Source: Acidimicrobiia bacterium
Lineage (GTDB): Bacteria > Actinomycetota > Acidimicrobiia > Spongiisociales > ZC4RG35
NCBI GenBank assembly: GCA_965215185.1
Contig: OZ244034.1
Span: forward strand, 1,248,001 to 1,312,000
Direction of reading: 5' to 3'
DNA length: 64,000 bases
Below the pieces are notes generated by a model. That model made no database searches, was not told the DNA's origin, and worked only from the letters and a program-made list of their open reading frames with translations. Positions 29,401 to 39,576 of the stretch are shown piece by piece (the first letter of the stretch is position 1; each line of letters begins with the position of its first letter). Both the position numbers and the translations under genes were made by a program.

Positions 29401-30629
29401 TCGACGGGAGCAGCCAAGTCTTCGTAATGGCTCCCGACGGCTCCGACGTGAGGCAACTCACCGCGTCCGGCGGCTGGGATGCGAGTTGGTCTCCTGACGG
29501 CAGACAGCTCGTCTTCAACAGTGGAGGCGACACCTACTCCTACGACAGCGAGATCCTTGTGATCAACCGGGATGGCTCCGACGTCCGCCAGTTGACCTCC
29601 TTTGGTGGCTCCAACGCCCATTGGTCCCCCGACGGCCAGCGCATAATCTTCGAGAGCCAACATCTCTATGACGAGCCGATCACCGATATCTATGCGCAGG
29701 TCGAAAGCAGCGGCATCCTGTCGATGAGAATCGACGGCAGCGAGGTCATTCGCATTGCTGACGGTGCTTACTCACCTGTGTGGTCACCTTCTACTTGGCG
29801 CGGCAGTCCCGCCAACCAGCAGACTCCACATCTGAAGCAGATCACGGTCGGTGATCATCACTCGTGTGGGTTGGAAACAGACGGGAGGGTGGTGTGTTGG
29901 GGAAACAACGACTTTGGCCAAGCATCACCACCCAATCTATTGTTTGCTGTTCTTGAGGCGGGAAACTTCCACTCGTGCGGGGTAGATACCGGCGGTGCTG
30001 TCCGATGCTGGGGCGACAATTATGACGGCGAATCGTCCCCACCCTCCGGTACATTCACAGCTGTGACAGCCGGCTTCGGCCACTCTTGCGCCTTACAGCC
30101 CGGAGGGGCAGTGACCTGTTGGGGAGGCAACTACGAAGGCGAGTCATCGCCTCCCGCAGGCAGCTTCACTCACATTGCCGCGGGTAGCTACTACACATGC
30201 GGCGTGCTTTCCGACGGCAAAATCACGTGCTGGGGAGTCGACAATCTCGGTCAGTCATCTCCCCCTGAGGGCAGGTTCACCAGTGTGTCGAGTGGTGATT
30301 CCCATTCGTGCGCGTTGCGAACCGACAACGCGGTAGTGTGCTGGGGCAACAACGATGAGGGACAAACATCCCCTGCCCAAGGTTCCTTCAAGGCCATCGC
30401 GGTGGAGTCGTATCGTTCGTGTGCCTTGCGGAGTGACGGTGCGGTGGTGTGCTGGGGGAGGGATTACGGCGATGGAACATCCCCTCCGCCGGAGGACGTG
30501 TTCGAAACTATTGTCTCCGGGCACGGCCACTCATGTGGGTTGGATTCCACAGGCGATGTGACGTGCTGGGGCTACAACGGTTCGGGTGCCGCGGAACCTC
30601 CTCCCGAACTGTTCAACTCAGAATCGTAA
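26439..30629 (+). CDS. membrane-anchored S8 subtilase + two PD40 propellers + RCC1-like repeats (copy 1)
   Basis: N-terminal TM; VAVIDSG, HGTHVAG, GTSMAAP triad; WSPDG repeats; HSCG..CWG repeats; start chosen by alignment to the paralog starts. Confidence 0.9.
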   Translation: MSFQQWKWVLAVAIVALAAGVVWVTFGGLDGDDFGSADVGPDTQSSDVDPDTQSSDVDQPAAISADPAPEIPLFDPFTTPTLSDIDLQRLAAAVATLDPDAACPEPVPINSIEDVAEVVRIAGGCLIVEYVPLGGGSVEEVRERLAFDPQVHAVGVPIWEVWPTQADTYSNDPQSEEQWHLPKLKAKELWQGWPEGAEVTVAVIDSGVDGDHGDLQHSVIKNIGSDPACHSKDTDGHGTHVAGIIAAAVDNGYGVAGVAPQAKILPIKMLYGTCNDIKSMTTAVARAIQEGADVINLSVVWRVGKEGRGGSDDPFEAAIRSALMRDIVVVASAGNCGNPRFLDSPCQGVVNVVHPPAMYPGIISVAATNSYDDRAHFSTVADHVGIAAPGGSALGDFDGEIRPLDFSDYDDNHELVGGRPMTEDDILSTVPHHCPSGSDSCTDTGTKQGTSMAAPVISAVVAHMKARYPKASVTEIHQALYTTAWNPDSDRRTPQLGWGIVQPLNALNRLDELFHSCPEDSGSGGLLAYQVEVDISNNVGERRDVWTIDASTGEERCRRAHNAWQPAWSPDGAHLAFVHKQSPESDDDIWVMDSDAINWRNLTDNESAEFQPAWSPDGAKIAFVSHQTGNPDIWVVNADGTNRRNLTNHPALDATPAWSPDGTKIAFVSKRDGGDHDIWVMNADGTNPHNLHNNNDEETQPTWSPDGTKIAFVHDQDEPGLFDDDIWVMDADGNNWRNLTDDPASDAEPAWSPDGTKIAFTSDRDGDEDIWIINADGSSPFNLTNTDDQNESHPSWSVASESNQTELPEGGDPTGAQPPGDQVQPTELLAEKIAFVSYGVIYVANPDSSESQRLTPDNTNQGDEFVGDFNLAWYDSDPKWSPDGTRILFSSTRTGEDEVFVIDADGQNVQQLTTSGGNSPSWSPDGTRIVFARVGTYFTSKWRYNFDDSENVFIMDADGTAIQRLTYSGGSTPSWSPDGRLIAFHRVVDGSSQVFVMAPDGSDVRQLTASGGWDASWSPDGRQLVFNSGGDTYSYDSEILVINRDGSDVRQLTSFGGSNAHWSPDGQRIIFESQHLYDEPITDIYAQVESSGILSMRIDGSEVIRIADGAYSPVWSPSTWRGSPANQQTPHLKQITVGDHHSCGLETDGRVVCWGNNDFGQASPPNLLFAVLEAGNFHSCGVDTGGAVRCWGDNYDGESSPPSGTFTAVTAGFGHSCALQPGGAVTCWGGNYEGESSPPAGSFTHIAAGSYYTCGVLSDGKITCWGVDNLGQSSPPEGRFTSVSSGDSHSCALRTDNAVVCWGNNDEGQTSPAQGSFKAIAVESYRSCALRSDGAVVCWGRDYGDGTSPPPEDVFETIVSGHGHSCGLDSTGDVTCWGYNGSGAAEPPPELFNSES

Positions 30630-30698
30630 CCATTCCAACTAGGGCAGACAGCAACGTCTCGGACAGCATCAGCGACTGGTTTACAGTTGCGTTTTGGT

Positions 30699-32811
30699 CT
30701 ATTTGCTGAGTTGCTGTTGATTGGTACCGTCGGCGTTCACGATTCGAATGTGTCCGCCCCAGTAGTTGTAGGCCAACTTAGAGCCGTCGTCTGACCACGC
30801 CGGGGGGACTGCACCTCCGGTGGTGAGTTGCCGTTGGTTGGTTCCGTCAGCGCTCATCGTCCAGATCCCGTTGTTCGCGTAGGCCAGTTTGGAGCCGTCC
30901 GGCGACCACGCCGGCCCTTCACCTCTGGCAAGTTGTTGCGGGTTAGTACCGTCGGAGTTAACCACCCAGACCGCGTAATAAAAGGAACTCGCCCCGACAT
31001 AAATGTTCCGCCCGTAGGCGACTCTGGTGCCGTCAGGCGACCATGCAGGCCCGTTCCCGTCGGTCGTGAGTTGTCTCTGGTTGCTGCCATCAGTGTTGAT
31101 CACCCAGATCCCGTTGTCTATGTAGGCGATCTTGGTGCCATCCGGTGACCAGATAGGGCCGCCCCCGTTGGTAGTGAGTTGTTGTTGGTTGGTACCGTCA
31201 GCGTTCATCGTCCAGACTCCCTGGTTGCTGTAGGCGATTTTGGTGCTATCGGGCGACCATGCCGGACTGTACCCCTGGGCGGCGTATTGCGGGTTGCTAC
31301 CGTCAGCATCCAAAGTCCATATCTCACCAATCTCCCGGTAGGCGATCTTGGTTTCATCCGGTGACCACCTGACCGTGCCCACAAAAAGAAATAGGCGTTG
31401 GTTGGTACCGTCGGCGTTGATTAGCTGAACCTGGTTTCCGTCGGCGTAGGAGATACGGATTCCCCCAGCTAACCAGACTGGCGGTTGGTGGTAAAGCGAC
31501 CCGGAGCCTTCTTCTTCTCTCCCGAGGTCCAGAACACAGGTGGTGTACTGGTAGGGAGACTGCACAGTTTGAGAAACCTTCACATTGCTTACAGTTACGG
31601 TGTAACAATGGTCTCCATCCGAAGGCTCGGAAAATGGAATAGAGTCGACACCCCGATACATGGACCAAACGATCGTATCTTCAGGAGCGCTGGCGCTGGT
31701 CCGCGCGATGACTGCTATCGGGACAGAGCCATGCTGGTCCGTGACCGTGACTGTTGCCGTGGAAATCGGCGTCCAGAAGAGAAAAGGACCATCGACCCCA
31801 CACTGTTTCCGCAGGGACATAACCTGGAGGAGCCCACGCCACAAGACCCCGCGCCTCCCTGACATCAGGACGAGTTCCCCAAAGATTGTCATCAAGTACG
31901 TAAAGGGCGTTAGCCCCAGTCTGACCAAACGGAATATGAGGGATATCAGTGCCGATCTTGCGCAATTGGGGATACAGAATCCAACGCCGGTGCCCTACTT
32001 TTCTGTTGTTACTGCCAGCGTCTCCCATGTAGCTGTCGATAGCCTGCACCCCCGTCGAATGACGACCAATGTTGCTGCTTCCCGCAACTGTCGCACCGGT
32101 TACGGTGTAACAAGGCCAATCACTAGACGGATAATGGGACAGCCGATCCGCGGCTGCCATCATCAATGCTGCCTCTTGAGCGGCGGTCGAGTACTCTGCT
32201 CGTTCGGTCAGAGTGTCAAGCCCCGCCATCTGCCGGTACCAGTTCACCCGCTGCACGGCACTATTACGAAAGGTCTGGCTGGTGGTACCAGCATCACAGT
32301 TGGCAACACTTCCCGTGAATCCCGGGTCCGGTTCCTGCCTTTCGAACTCCTGCCGGTAAGCTCGCGCCACCTCCGCCCGGTCCCAAGTGTTAAACCCCTT
32401 ACCACCCCAGGAGGTATCCGAGACGAAGGTTCTCACCAGCCACTCCGACGCTTGGTTGGGATCTCTCGCATCGTCACGAGCAACCCCTCCGGGTATCTGA
32501 ACCACCACCGCTCCCCGGGCGGCCGGGGTAATCGTTACCCGATAGCCTGAACCGGAGCCCACAAGACCGGACGCTATACCGTTGGTCACCTGTATTTCTC
32601 TTCTGCGGAAACCGGTGACCGGCTGAGAGAAGGTGATCCCCACCTCAAAAGAACCAGTCACAACCTGCTCGGCAGAAGAACTCAAATCCACCAACAACCC
32701 AACATTCGCTCCACCAACCGCCGTCCGCTCCGGAAAAAAGTCAATGGCACGAGTCAAGAATGTGGCCATCTGCCCACGGGTAACCGAAGCATGAGGACAG
32801 TACCGAGCCAC
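30699..32811 (-). pseudogene. Ig-like + CAP/SCP + PD40 protein, frameshifted and 5'-truncated paralog of 36047-39337
   Basis: VQRVNWYR, GHRRWIL, WSPDG; split over ORFs 31681-32811 and 30699-31928; fused to an IS3 orfA at 32811. Confidence 0.85.
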
Positions 32812-33067
32812 GGCGCAGCGTCTTGAGTTCCTCCAGTTGATCGGTGGTCAAACCCGACCGAACACCTTGGTCGCGTTCTGCCTTACGCACCCACTTACGC
32901 AGCGTCTCCGAAGTGCAGCCCACTTTCTCGGCGATCGAACAGATCGCCGCCCACTGCGACCGATGCTCGCCCTGATGGGCGAACACCATCCGCACCGCCC
33001 GTTCTCGCACCTCCGGTGCATACTTGCTAGGTCTTCCCATAATTCTCCATCCTCTCAAGATAGAAAG
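32812..33067 (-). mobile_element. IS3-family relic 1: orfA fragment (its left IR is at 34330-34357)
   Basis: MGRPSKYAPEVRERAVRMV...SQWAAICSIAEKVGCT.ETLR.WV; TGAATCGCCCCGGG IR starts at 34357. Confidence 0.85.
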
Positions 33068-34329
33068 TGATGGTCCCCCGGTTTTGTGGAGTCAGCTCAC
33101 TTGGATCAGTGGTGCGATGGTTAGGTTGTTGTTGTGGTTTCTTTCGTATTCGATGGGGGTGCGCATTTCCAGTGCGGTGTGGCGGTTGTGGAAGATCTCT
33201 AGGTACTCGAAGATAGCGTTGGCGAGTTCGATACGGGTCCTCCACCTCCTGCGGTCCAACAGCTCGACCTGCATACGAGCCCAAAACGATTCCATGGTGG
33301 CGTTATCGAAACAGTCCCCGACGGTTCCCATGGACGGAACCAGACCGGATTCGAGGGCCCGTTGGGTGAACGCCCAGGAGGTGAATTGGGTGCCCTGGTC
33401 CGAATGTATGACCGTGCCGGGGTCGGGTTGGCGGTTCCCGATTGCCATACCTAACGCGGAGGTGACCAGTCCGGAGGTGGCCGTGTTGTCGATCGACCAG
33501 CCGACGACCCGGCGGCCCGTACACGTCCAGCACCACCGCGCAGTACACCTTGCGCTTGCCGGGTGGGATGCTCTGTGATATCGGTCACCCACAGTTGGTC
33601 CGGTTCGAAACGGGCGAAGTTACGGTCGACCAGGTCCACCGGGCGTGTCCACCGGGCGGGTCCGCCGTCTGGGACTTCGGTCACCTACTAAGACCAGCTA
33701 GACCGGCTCTGCGCATCAGCATCGCTACTGCGTTGTGTCCGACGGTTATTCCATGACCCAACCGCAGTTCGGCGTGCACCCGCCGCGCCCCATAGGTGCC
33801 GCGTGACTGTTCATGGATGTGACAGATGACGTCGGTCAACCAGGCGTGGCGGATGCAAGCGGGCTGACGGCGGCCGGGACCACCCTGGCGTAGAACCCGG
33901 ACTGTGACACCTCGAGCACTCGACACGCCACCTGGGAAGCCCTTCGGTTCTCATGGTCCGGATCGCCTGGTAGCGTCTTTGAGGGACACCACCTGGTCTC
34001 CCAGCAGTTCAATAGCCCGCTTGGTCACGGCCAGTTCGGTTTCCAGCTCGACGATCCGACAGCGAGCGGCCCACAGTTCGGCCTGTTCCTCCGAAGTGGC
34101 ACCCGGTTGTAGACCGCGGTCGATTCGGTCCTGGCGCCGCCAGTTGTAGATCGTCTGATCAGACACCCCAAGATCCGCAGACAACGACGCCACCGACCTG
34201 CCAACTGCCAGCAGATCCAGCACCCTGCGACGGAACTCGGGTGGATATCGATAAGGCATGAAGACTCCTTTCGGGTCAGTCACACCACCAATTCAAATAA
34301 CCCGACTCCACCAAAGTGGGGTACCACCA
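33068..34329 (-). mobile_element. IS3-family element 2 (frameshifted), nested in relic 1
   Basis: orfA YPPEFRRRVL; orfB YGARRVHAEL, LWVTDITE, HSDQG.QF, DNA.MESFW; imperfect IRs; AAG target duplication. Confidence 0.85.
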
Positions 34330-34413
34330 AAGTCTCCGGAAAACCCGGGGCGATTCACAATGGCTAACCGCACCCACACCACAACAAACAGGTACGGATT
34401 CTAGAAGAGGAGA

Positions 34414-35656
34414 ATGAGGCTCATGTTCGAGGTTGATGTTTTCGGTGGGGTGGACACCCATCGGAATGTTCATGTCGCAGCGGTGGTGGACACCGCCGGT
34501 AGGGTGGTGGCGTCGGCGCCGTTCCGAGCCGACGCCACCGGCTATGAACAGTTGGGTAACTGGTTGGGGTCCCACGGTCGGGTCATACGGGTTGGGGTGG
34601 AGGGCACCGGCAGCTACGGCGCCGGCCTGACCCGCCACCTTATGAGCATCGGTGTTGAGGTGGTGGAAGTGAACCGTCCCAACCGTCAGCTCCGCCGCCG
34701 GTACGGCAAGACCGACACTACCGACGCCCAGGCCGCGGCGCGAGCTGCTCTGAACGGGCAGGCCAGCGGGGTGCCCAAAAGCGGGAACGGACCAGTCGAA
34801 GCAATACGGATGCTGTCTGTGGCTCGTCGTTCGGCGATCAAGGCCCGTACCCAGGCCATCAACCAGATCCATGCTCTGGTGGTTACCGCTCCCGACCAGG
34901 TCAAACACCACCTTTGGGGTCTTTCTCCTAGAGCCCGTGTGAAGGTCTGTGCCGGTTTTCGTCCCGGTACCGCCGCCACCACAACCCGATACGCCAAACA
35001 ATCCCTCCGACTGTTGGCGCGCCGCTATCAGACCCTCACCGCAGAGATCCGAGATCTCGATACAGAGATCACCCGTCTCTGCGCCCAGGCCAACCCCGCG
35101 CTGTTGGCCACTCCCGGTGTAGGTCCCGATATCGCCGCCGCGCTGTTGATCGCCGGCGGTGACAACCCCGAACGGATGGCCTCGGAAGCATCATTCGCTG
35201 CTTTGTGCGGTGTGAGCCCTGTCCAGGCGTCCTCGGGCCGTATCGTGCGCCACCGTCTCAATCGAGGCGGGAACCGTCAAACCAACCAGGCCCTGTGGCG
35301 GATCGCAACCATCCGCACCGCACGAGACCAGCGCACCATTACCTATGTGAAAAAACGCCAAGCGGAAGGCAAAACCCGTCGAGAGATCATCCGCTGTCTC
35401 AAACGGTACATAGCCCGAGAGATCTACCACCTCCTCACCAACCCACCCCCCACCCACTCAGGCGCCCATCTCTGCTGCCTACGCCAAAACGTTCAACGAC
35501 CCTTGCTCAGGCCGCCACAGCCCTCCACAGCCACGCCACGCATATCTCGCGACTCGAACGAGGCCTCTACCACAACCACCACCTCGCCACTCGATACCAC
35601 CAATGGCTCACCACCCTCACCCCATCAAAACTCGATTTGACAATATAGGAGCATCG
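34414..35656 (+). mobile_element. IS110-family recombinase with C-terminal XRE-HTH (frameshift near 35490)
   Basis: GVDTH, GVEGTG, KTDTTDA, QASSG, RLNRGGNR; HTH TLAQAA..L......ISRLERG in the shifted frame; right end TTGACAATATAGGAGCATC. Confidence 0.85.
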
Positions 35657-35659
35657 GTG

Positions 35660-35800
35660 CGGTTCAACCTTCACATTGCTTACAATTATGGTGTAGCAAT
35701 GGTCTCCATCGGGGGGCTCGGGAAATGGGAGAGTCGGCGTCTCGATACATGGACCAAACGATCGTTTCGTCAGGAGCGCCGGAAGTGGTCCGAGCGATGG
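35660..35800 (-). pseudogene. relic of a further CAP/PD40 gene copy
   Basis: IARTTSGAPDETIVWSMYRD matches 38330-38400. Confidence 0.7.
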
Positions 35801-36046
35801 GAGAGCGCAACCAAAAAACCAGGCGCAACCACGACATGAACAACACATGGGAGCCGGCTGCAGTGGAAGTTACAGGTCCGGTTCGAGGAAGGGCCGGGGA
35901 AACCCAATTGTCGAAGAGCTGACAGGGGCCCGTCCGACCCCTGCACACACGTTCCCACCTGGCTGGCGGCAAATCCAGCAAAGTGGGGTATCACCTGTCT
36001 CCAGGAGTCCGGGCCGGTTCAGTTAGGTGTTAGCATCCTTGGGCTT

Positions 36047-39000
36047 GTGAGGTTTGTGGCACCGGTCCGAGTTTGGCGGGTTGTGGTTGTGTTGGTGTTT
36101 GTTGTTTCCTCGGTGGTTCCGGCGGTGTTTGTCGTGGCTGATAGTGGATTTTCTGATATTCATGAGGCGGGGTCGCATCAGCGGGGGGTGGAGAGGTTGG
36201 AGGGGTTGGGGGTTTTGGAGGACACGGAGTGCGAACCGGGCAGGTTCTGTCCTGGAGATGTGTTGGAGCGGTGGGTGATGGCGGTGTGGTTGGTGCGGGT
36301 GCTGGATGGGGTGGATCCTGTGTTGTCGGGTCCGACCCGGTTTGTTGATGTTGATCCTGATCAGTGGTGGGCGCCTTTTGTGGAGCGGTTGGCGGTGTTG
36401 GGGGTTACGGTGGGGTGTGCCAGGAACCCGGCTCGGTATTGTCCTTCTGCTCCTGTTACTCGTGGGCAGATGGCGACTTTTTTGACTCGGGCCTTGGAGC
36501 TTGCTCCGGCTGGGTCTGCGGGGTTTGTTGATATTGGGGGCAATACTCATGCTGGGAATATTGATGCTTTCGCGGCGGCTGGGATCACGATTGGGTGTGC
36601 TGAGAATCCGGCTCGGTATTGTCCTTCTGCTTCTGTTACTCGTGGGCAGATGGCGACTTTTTTGACTCGTGCTATCGAATTTTTTCCGGAGCGGACCGCG
36701 GTTGGTGAGGGTGAGACGCCGGTGTTGTCGGTGGGTTTGAGTTCTCCGTCGTCTGCGATTGTGATGGGTTCGTTTGAGATGGACATCACGTTTTCTCGGC
36801 CGGTGACCGGGTTCGTGGAGGGCGATATTGGGGTGTCCAATGGTCGTGTTACCGGTTTTAGTGGTTCTGGTTCTTCTTACACGGCGACCATTGTTCCGGC
36901 TGCGGATGGGACAGTGGTTGTGTGGGTACCCGCATCTGTCGTTTATGACGATGGGAGCAACACCAACCATGCGTCAAACACGCTGTCCAGAACATATACG
37001 GCCGACCCCAGTCAGACCGATCCGTTGCCGGTAGAAGTCAGTTCTCTGTCGTCTGCGATTGTGGTGGGTTCGTTTGAGGTGGACATCACGTTTTCTCGGC
37101 CGGTGACCGGGTTCGTGGGGGGCGATGTTGGGGTGTCTAATGGTGGTGTTACCGGTTTTAGTGGTTCTGGTTCTTCTTACACGTTGACCATTGTTCCGAC
37201 GGCGGATGGGACAGTGGTTGTGTGGGTACCTGCAGGCGTGGCCAGTGACCAGGCTGGGGATTCCAATCAGGCGTCAGACGCCCTGTCCAGAACGTATGTG
37301 TCGGACCCTGGTCCAGCCGATCCCTTGTCGGTAGAAGTAGGTTCGCAGGCAGAGCAGGTTGTGACAGGTTCTTTTGAGGTTGGGATCACTTTCTCTCGGT
37401 CTGTGACCGGCTTCCGGAGAAGGGATATACAGGTGACCAACGGTACCGCTTCAGGTCTTGTTGGTTCCGGTTCGGGCTATCGGGTTATGGTTACCCCGCG
37501 GGCCCAAGGCGCGGTGGTGGTTCAGGTACCCGGAGGCGTTGCTCACGACGATGCCGGCGATCCCAACCAAGCGTCGGAGTGGTTGGTGAGAACCTTTGTG
37601 TCCGACACCTCCTGGGGTGGTAAGGGGTTTAACACCTGGGACCGGGCAGAAGTGGTGCAAGTCTATGAGGATGAGTTCGAAAGGCAGGAACCGGAGCCAA
37701 GGTTTACTGGCGATGTTGACAGCTGTGATGCGGGTTCCACCAGCCAGGCTTACCGGGTTAGTGTGGTGCAGCGGGTGAACTGGTACCGGATGATGGCGGG
37801 GCTTGACACGGTCACCGAGCGAGCCAGTTATACGGCTACCGTTCAAGAGACAGCATTGATGATGGCAGCCGCCGACCGGCTATCCCATAATCCGTCTGGG
37901 GACTGGCCTTGTTACACCGTAAACGGCGACACAGGCGCCGGTGCAAGCAACATTGGCCGTCATAACACGGGAGTAGAAGCTATCGACTCTTACATGGGAG
38001 ACGGTGGCGGCAATAACAGAGAGGTGGGGCACCGGCGTTGGATTCTGTATCCCCAACTACGGAAGATCGGCATCGGAAATGTCCCTCATGTTCCGTTTGG
38101 TCAGACTGGGGCGAACGCTCTATACGTAATAGATGACAATGTTTGGGGACCTCGTCCCGATGTCAGGGAACAGCGGGGTCTGGTGGCGTGGCCTCCTCCA
38201 GGTTACGTTCCTGCGGAAACAGTGTGGGGTCGATGGTCCTTTTCTCTCCCCGATGCCGACTTCTCCACTGCAACTGTCACGGTCACGGATCAATACGGCT
38301 CTGTCCCCCTGAACGTCATCGCGCGGACCGGTTCCGGCGCTCCTGAAGAAACGATCGTTTGGTCCATGTATCGAGACGTCGACTCCAGTCCGTTTTTAGA
38401 GCCTCCGGATGGAGACCATTGCTTCACCGTAACTGTAAGCAATGTGAACGTTTTTCAGATTGCGCAGTCTCCTTACCGGTACACCACCTGTGTTCTTGAC
38501 CTCGGGAACGGAGAAGAAGGTCCCGGTTCGCTTTACTACCAACCGCCGACGTGGTTAGCTGGGGGAACCCGTATCTCCTATGACGACGCAAACTCGGTTC
38601 AACTGATAGACACCAGCGGCGCCAACCAACGAGTGTTCCTTAGGGTCGGCACCATCATATGGTCACCCAACGACACCAGAATCGCCTACACGAGTTTTGG
38701 CGAGATATGGACTTTGGATGCTGGCGGTCATAACCCGCAATTCGTTGCGAACGGGTACAATCCCCAATGGTCGCCCGATGGCACCAAAATGGCCTATTAT
38801 CGCTCCAACGCGGGAGTCTGGACGATGAACGCCGACGGCACCAACCAGCAACAACTCGTCGCGAACGGGGGTGCCCCCAGGTGGTCACTGGACGGAACCA
38901 GGGTCGCCTACACAAACAACGGGATTTGGTCTGTCAACGCTGATGGCACCAACCAGCGACGGCTCACGACCGACGGGCACAATTACGTTTGGTCGCCTGA

Positions 39001-39337
39001 CGGCACCAAAGTCGCCTACGGGCGGAAGATCAGGGTCGGCGCCAGAACATCCCGCCCAGAGATCTGGATCGTCAACTCCGACGGATCCAACCCGAAACAA
39101 CTGGCCCGAGGCGAGGGACTCCCGGCGTGGTCACCCGACGGCACCACAATTGCATATACGAACAACGGGATCTGGACCACGAAAGCGGACGGCACCAACC
39201 AACGGCAACTCACCACCGGAGGCGCCGGCCCCCCGGCGTGGTCACCCGACGGCACCAAACTAGCCTACAACTACTGGGGCGGACACATACGAATCGTGAA
39301 CGCCGACGGCACAAACCAGCGACAACTCAGCAAATAG
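36047..39337 (+). CDS. SLH + 3 Ig-like + CAP/SCP + PD40 propeller surface protein
   Basis: Signal peptide, SLH (TRGQMATFL), ITFSRPVTGF Ig repeats, VNWYR..GHRRWIL CAP domain, WSPDG repeats. Confidence 0.9.
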   Translation: MRFVAPVRVWRVVVVLVFVVSSVVPAVFVVADSGFSDIHEAGSHQRGVERLEGLGVLEDTECEPGRFCPGDVLERWVMAVWLVRVLDGVDPVLSGPTRFVDVDPDQWWAPFVERLAVLGVTVGCARNPARYCPSAPVTRGQMATFLTRALELAPAGSAGFVDIGGNTHAGNIDAFAAAGITIGCAENPARYCPSASVTRGQMATFLTRAIEFFPERTAVGEGETPVLSVGLSSPSSAIVMGSFEMDITFSRPVTGFVEGDIGVSNGRVTGFSGSGSSYTATIVPAADGTVVVWVPASVVYDDGSNTNHASNTLSRTYTADPSQTDPLPVEVSSLSSAIVVGSFEVDITFSRPVTGFVGGDVGVSNGGVTGFSGSGSSYTLTIVPTADGTVVVWVPAGVASDQAGDSNQASDALSRTYVSDPGPADPLSVEVGSQAEQVVTGSFEVGITFSRSVTGFRRRDIQVTNGTASGLVGSGSGYRVMVTPRAQGAVVVQVPGGVAHDDAGDPNQASEWLVRTFVSDTSWGGKGFNTWDRAEVVQVYEDEFERQEPEPRFTGDVDSCDAGSTSQAYRVSVVQRVNWYRMMAGLDTVTERASYTATVQETALMMAAADRLSHNPSGDWPCYTVNGDTGAGASNIGRHNTGVEAIDSYMGDGGGNNREVGHRRWILYPQLRKIGIGNVPHVPFGQTGANALYVIDDNVWGPRPDVREQRGLVAWPPPGYVPAETVWGRWSFSLPDADFSTATVTVTDQYGSVPLNVIARTGSGAPEETIVWSMYRDVDSSPFLEPPDGDHCFTVTVSNVNVFQIAQSPYRYTTCVLDLGNGEEGPGSLYYQPPTWLAGGTRISYDDANSVQLIDTSGANQRVFLRVGTIIWSPNDTRIAYTSFGEIWTLDAGGHNPQFVANGYNPQWSPDGTKMAYYRSNAGVWTMNADGTNQQQLVANGGAPRWSLDGTRVAYTNNGIWSVNADGTNQRRLTTDGHNYVWSPDGTKVAYGRKIRVGARTSRPEIWIVNSDGSNPKQLARGEGLPAWSPDGTTIAYTNNGIWTTKADGTNQRQLTTGGAGPPAWSPDGTKLAYNYWGGHIRIVNADGTNQRQLSK

Positions 39338-39540
39338 GCCCTGGAAACAGGAGGTTGATTGCCAAAACAGATGGTGCTATTTCAAAAGCCGGGTGAGGTT
39401 GATTGGCTGCGGGAGGCAGTGGTGAAGAGCCAGGCTCTTGCTGGTGAGCTCCAACAGCAACAAATCAGAGAGGAAGACAAGACGCATGCAATTGGTGTTA
39501 ACCAGTCCCTAAAGACCGATTGTTCTTTGAACTTCGGAAT

Positions 39541-39576
39541 CTGACGATCCCAAAGGGGGCACTTTGGGATCGTCAG
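39541..39576. terminator. hairpin between convergent genes
   Basis: CTGACGATCCCAAAG-GGGGCA-CTTTGGGATCGTCAG, perfect 15-bp stem. Confidence 0.7.

Noticed and set aside
33900-33960. Programmed -1 frameshift in IS3 element 2
   Set aside because: orfB has several further frameshifts, so a functional recoding site cannot be supported
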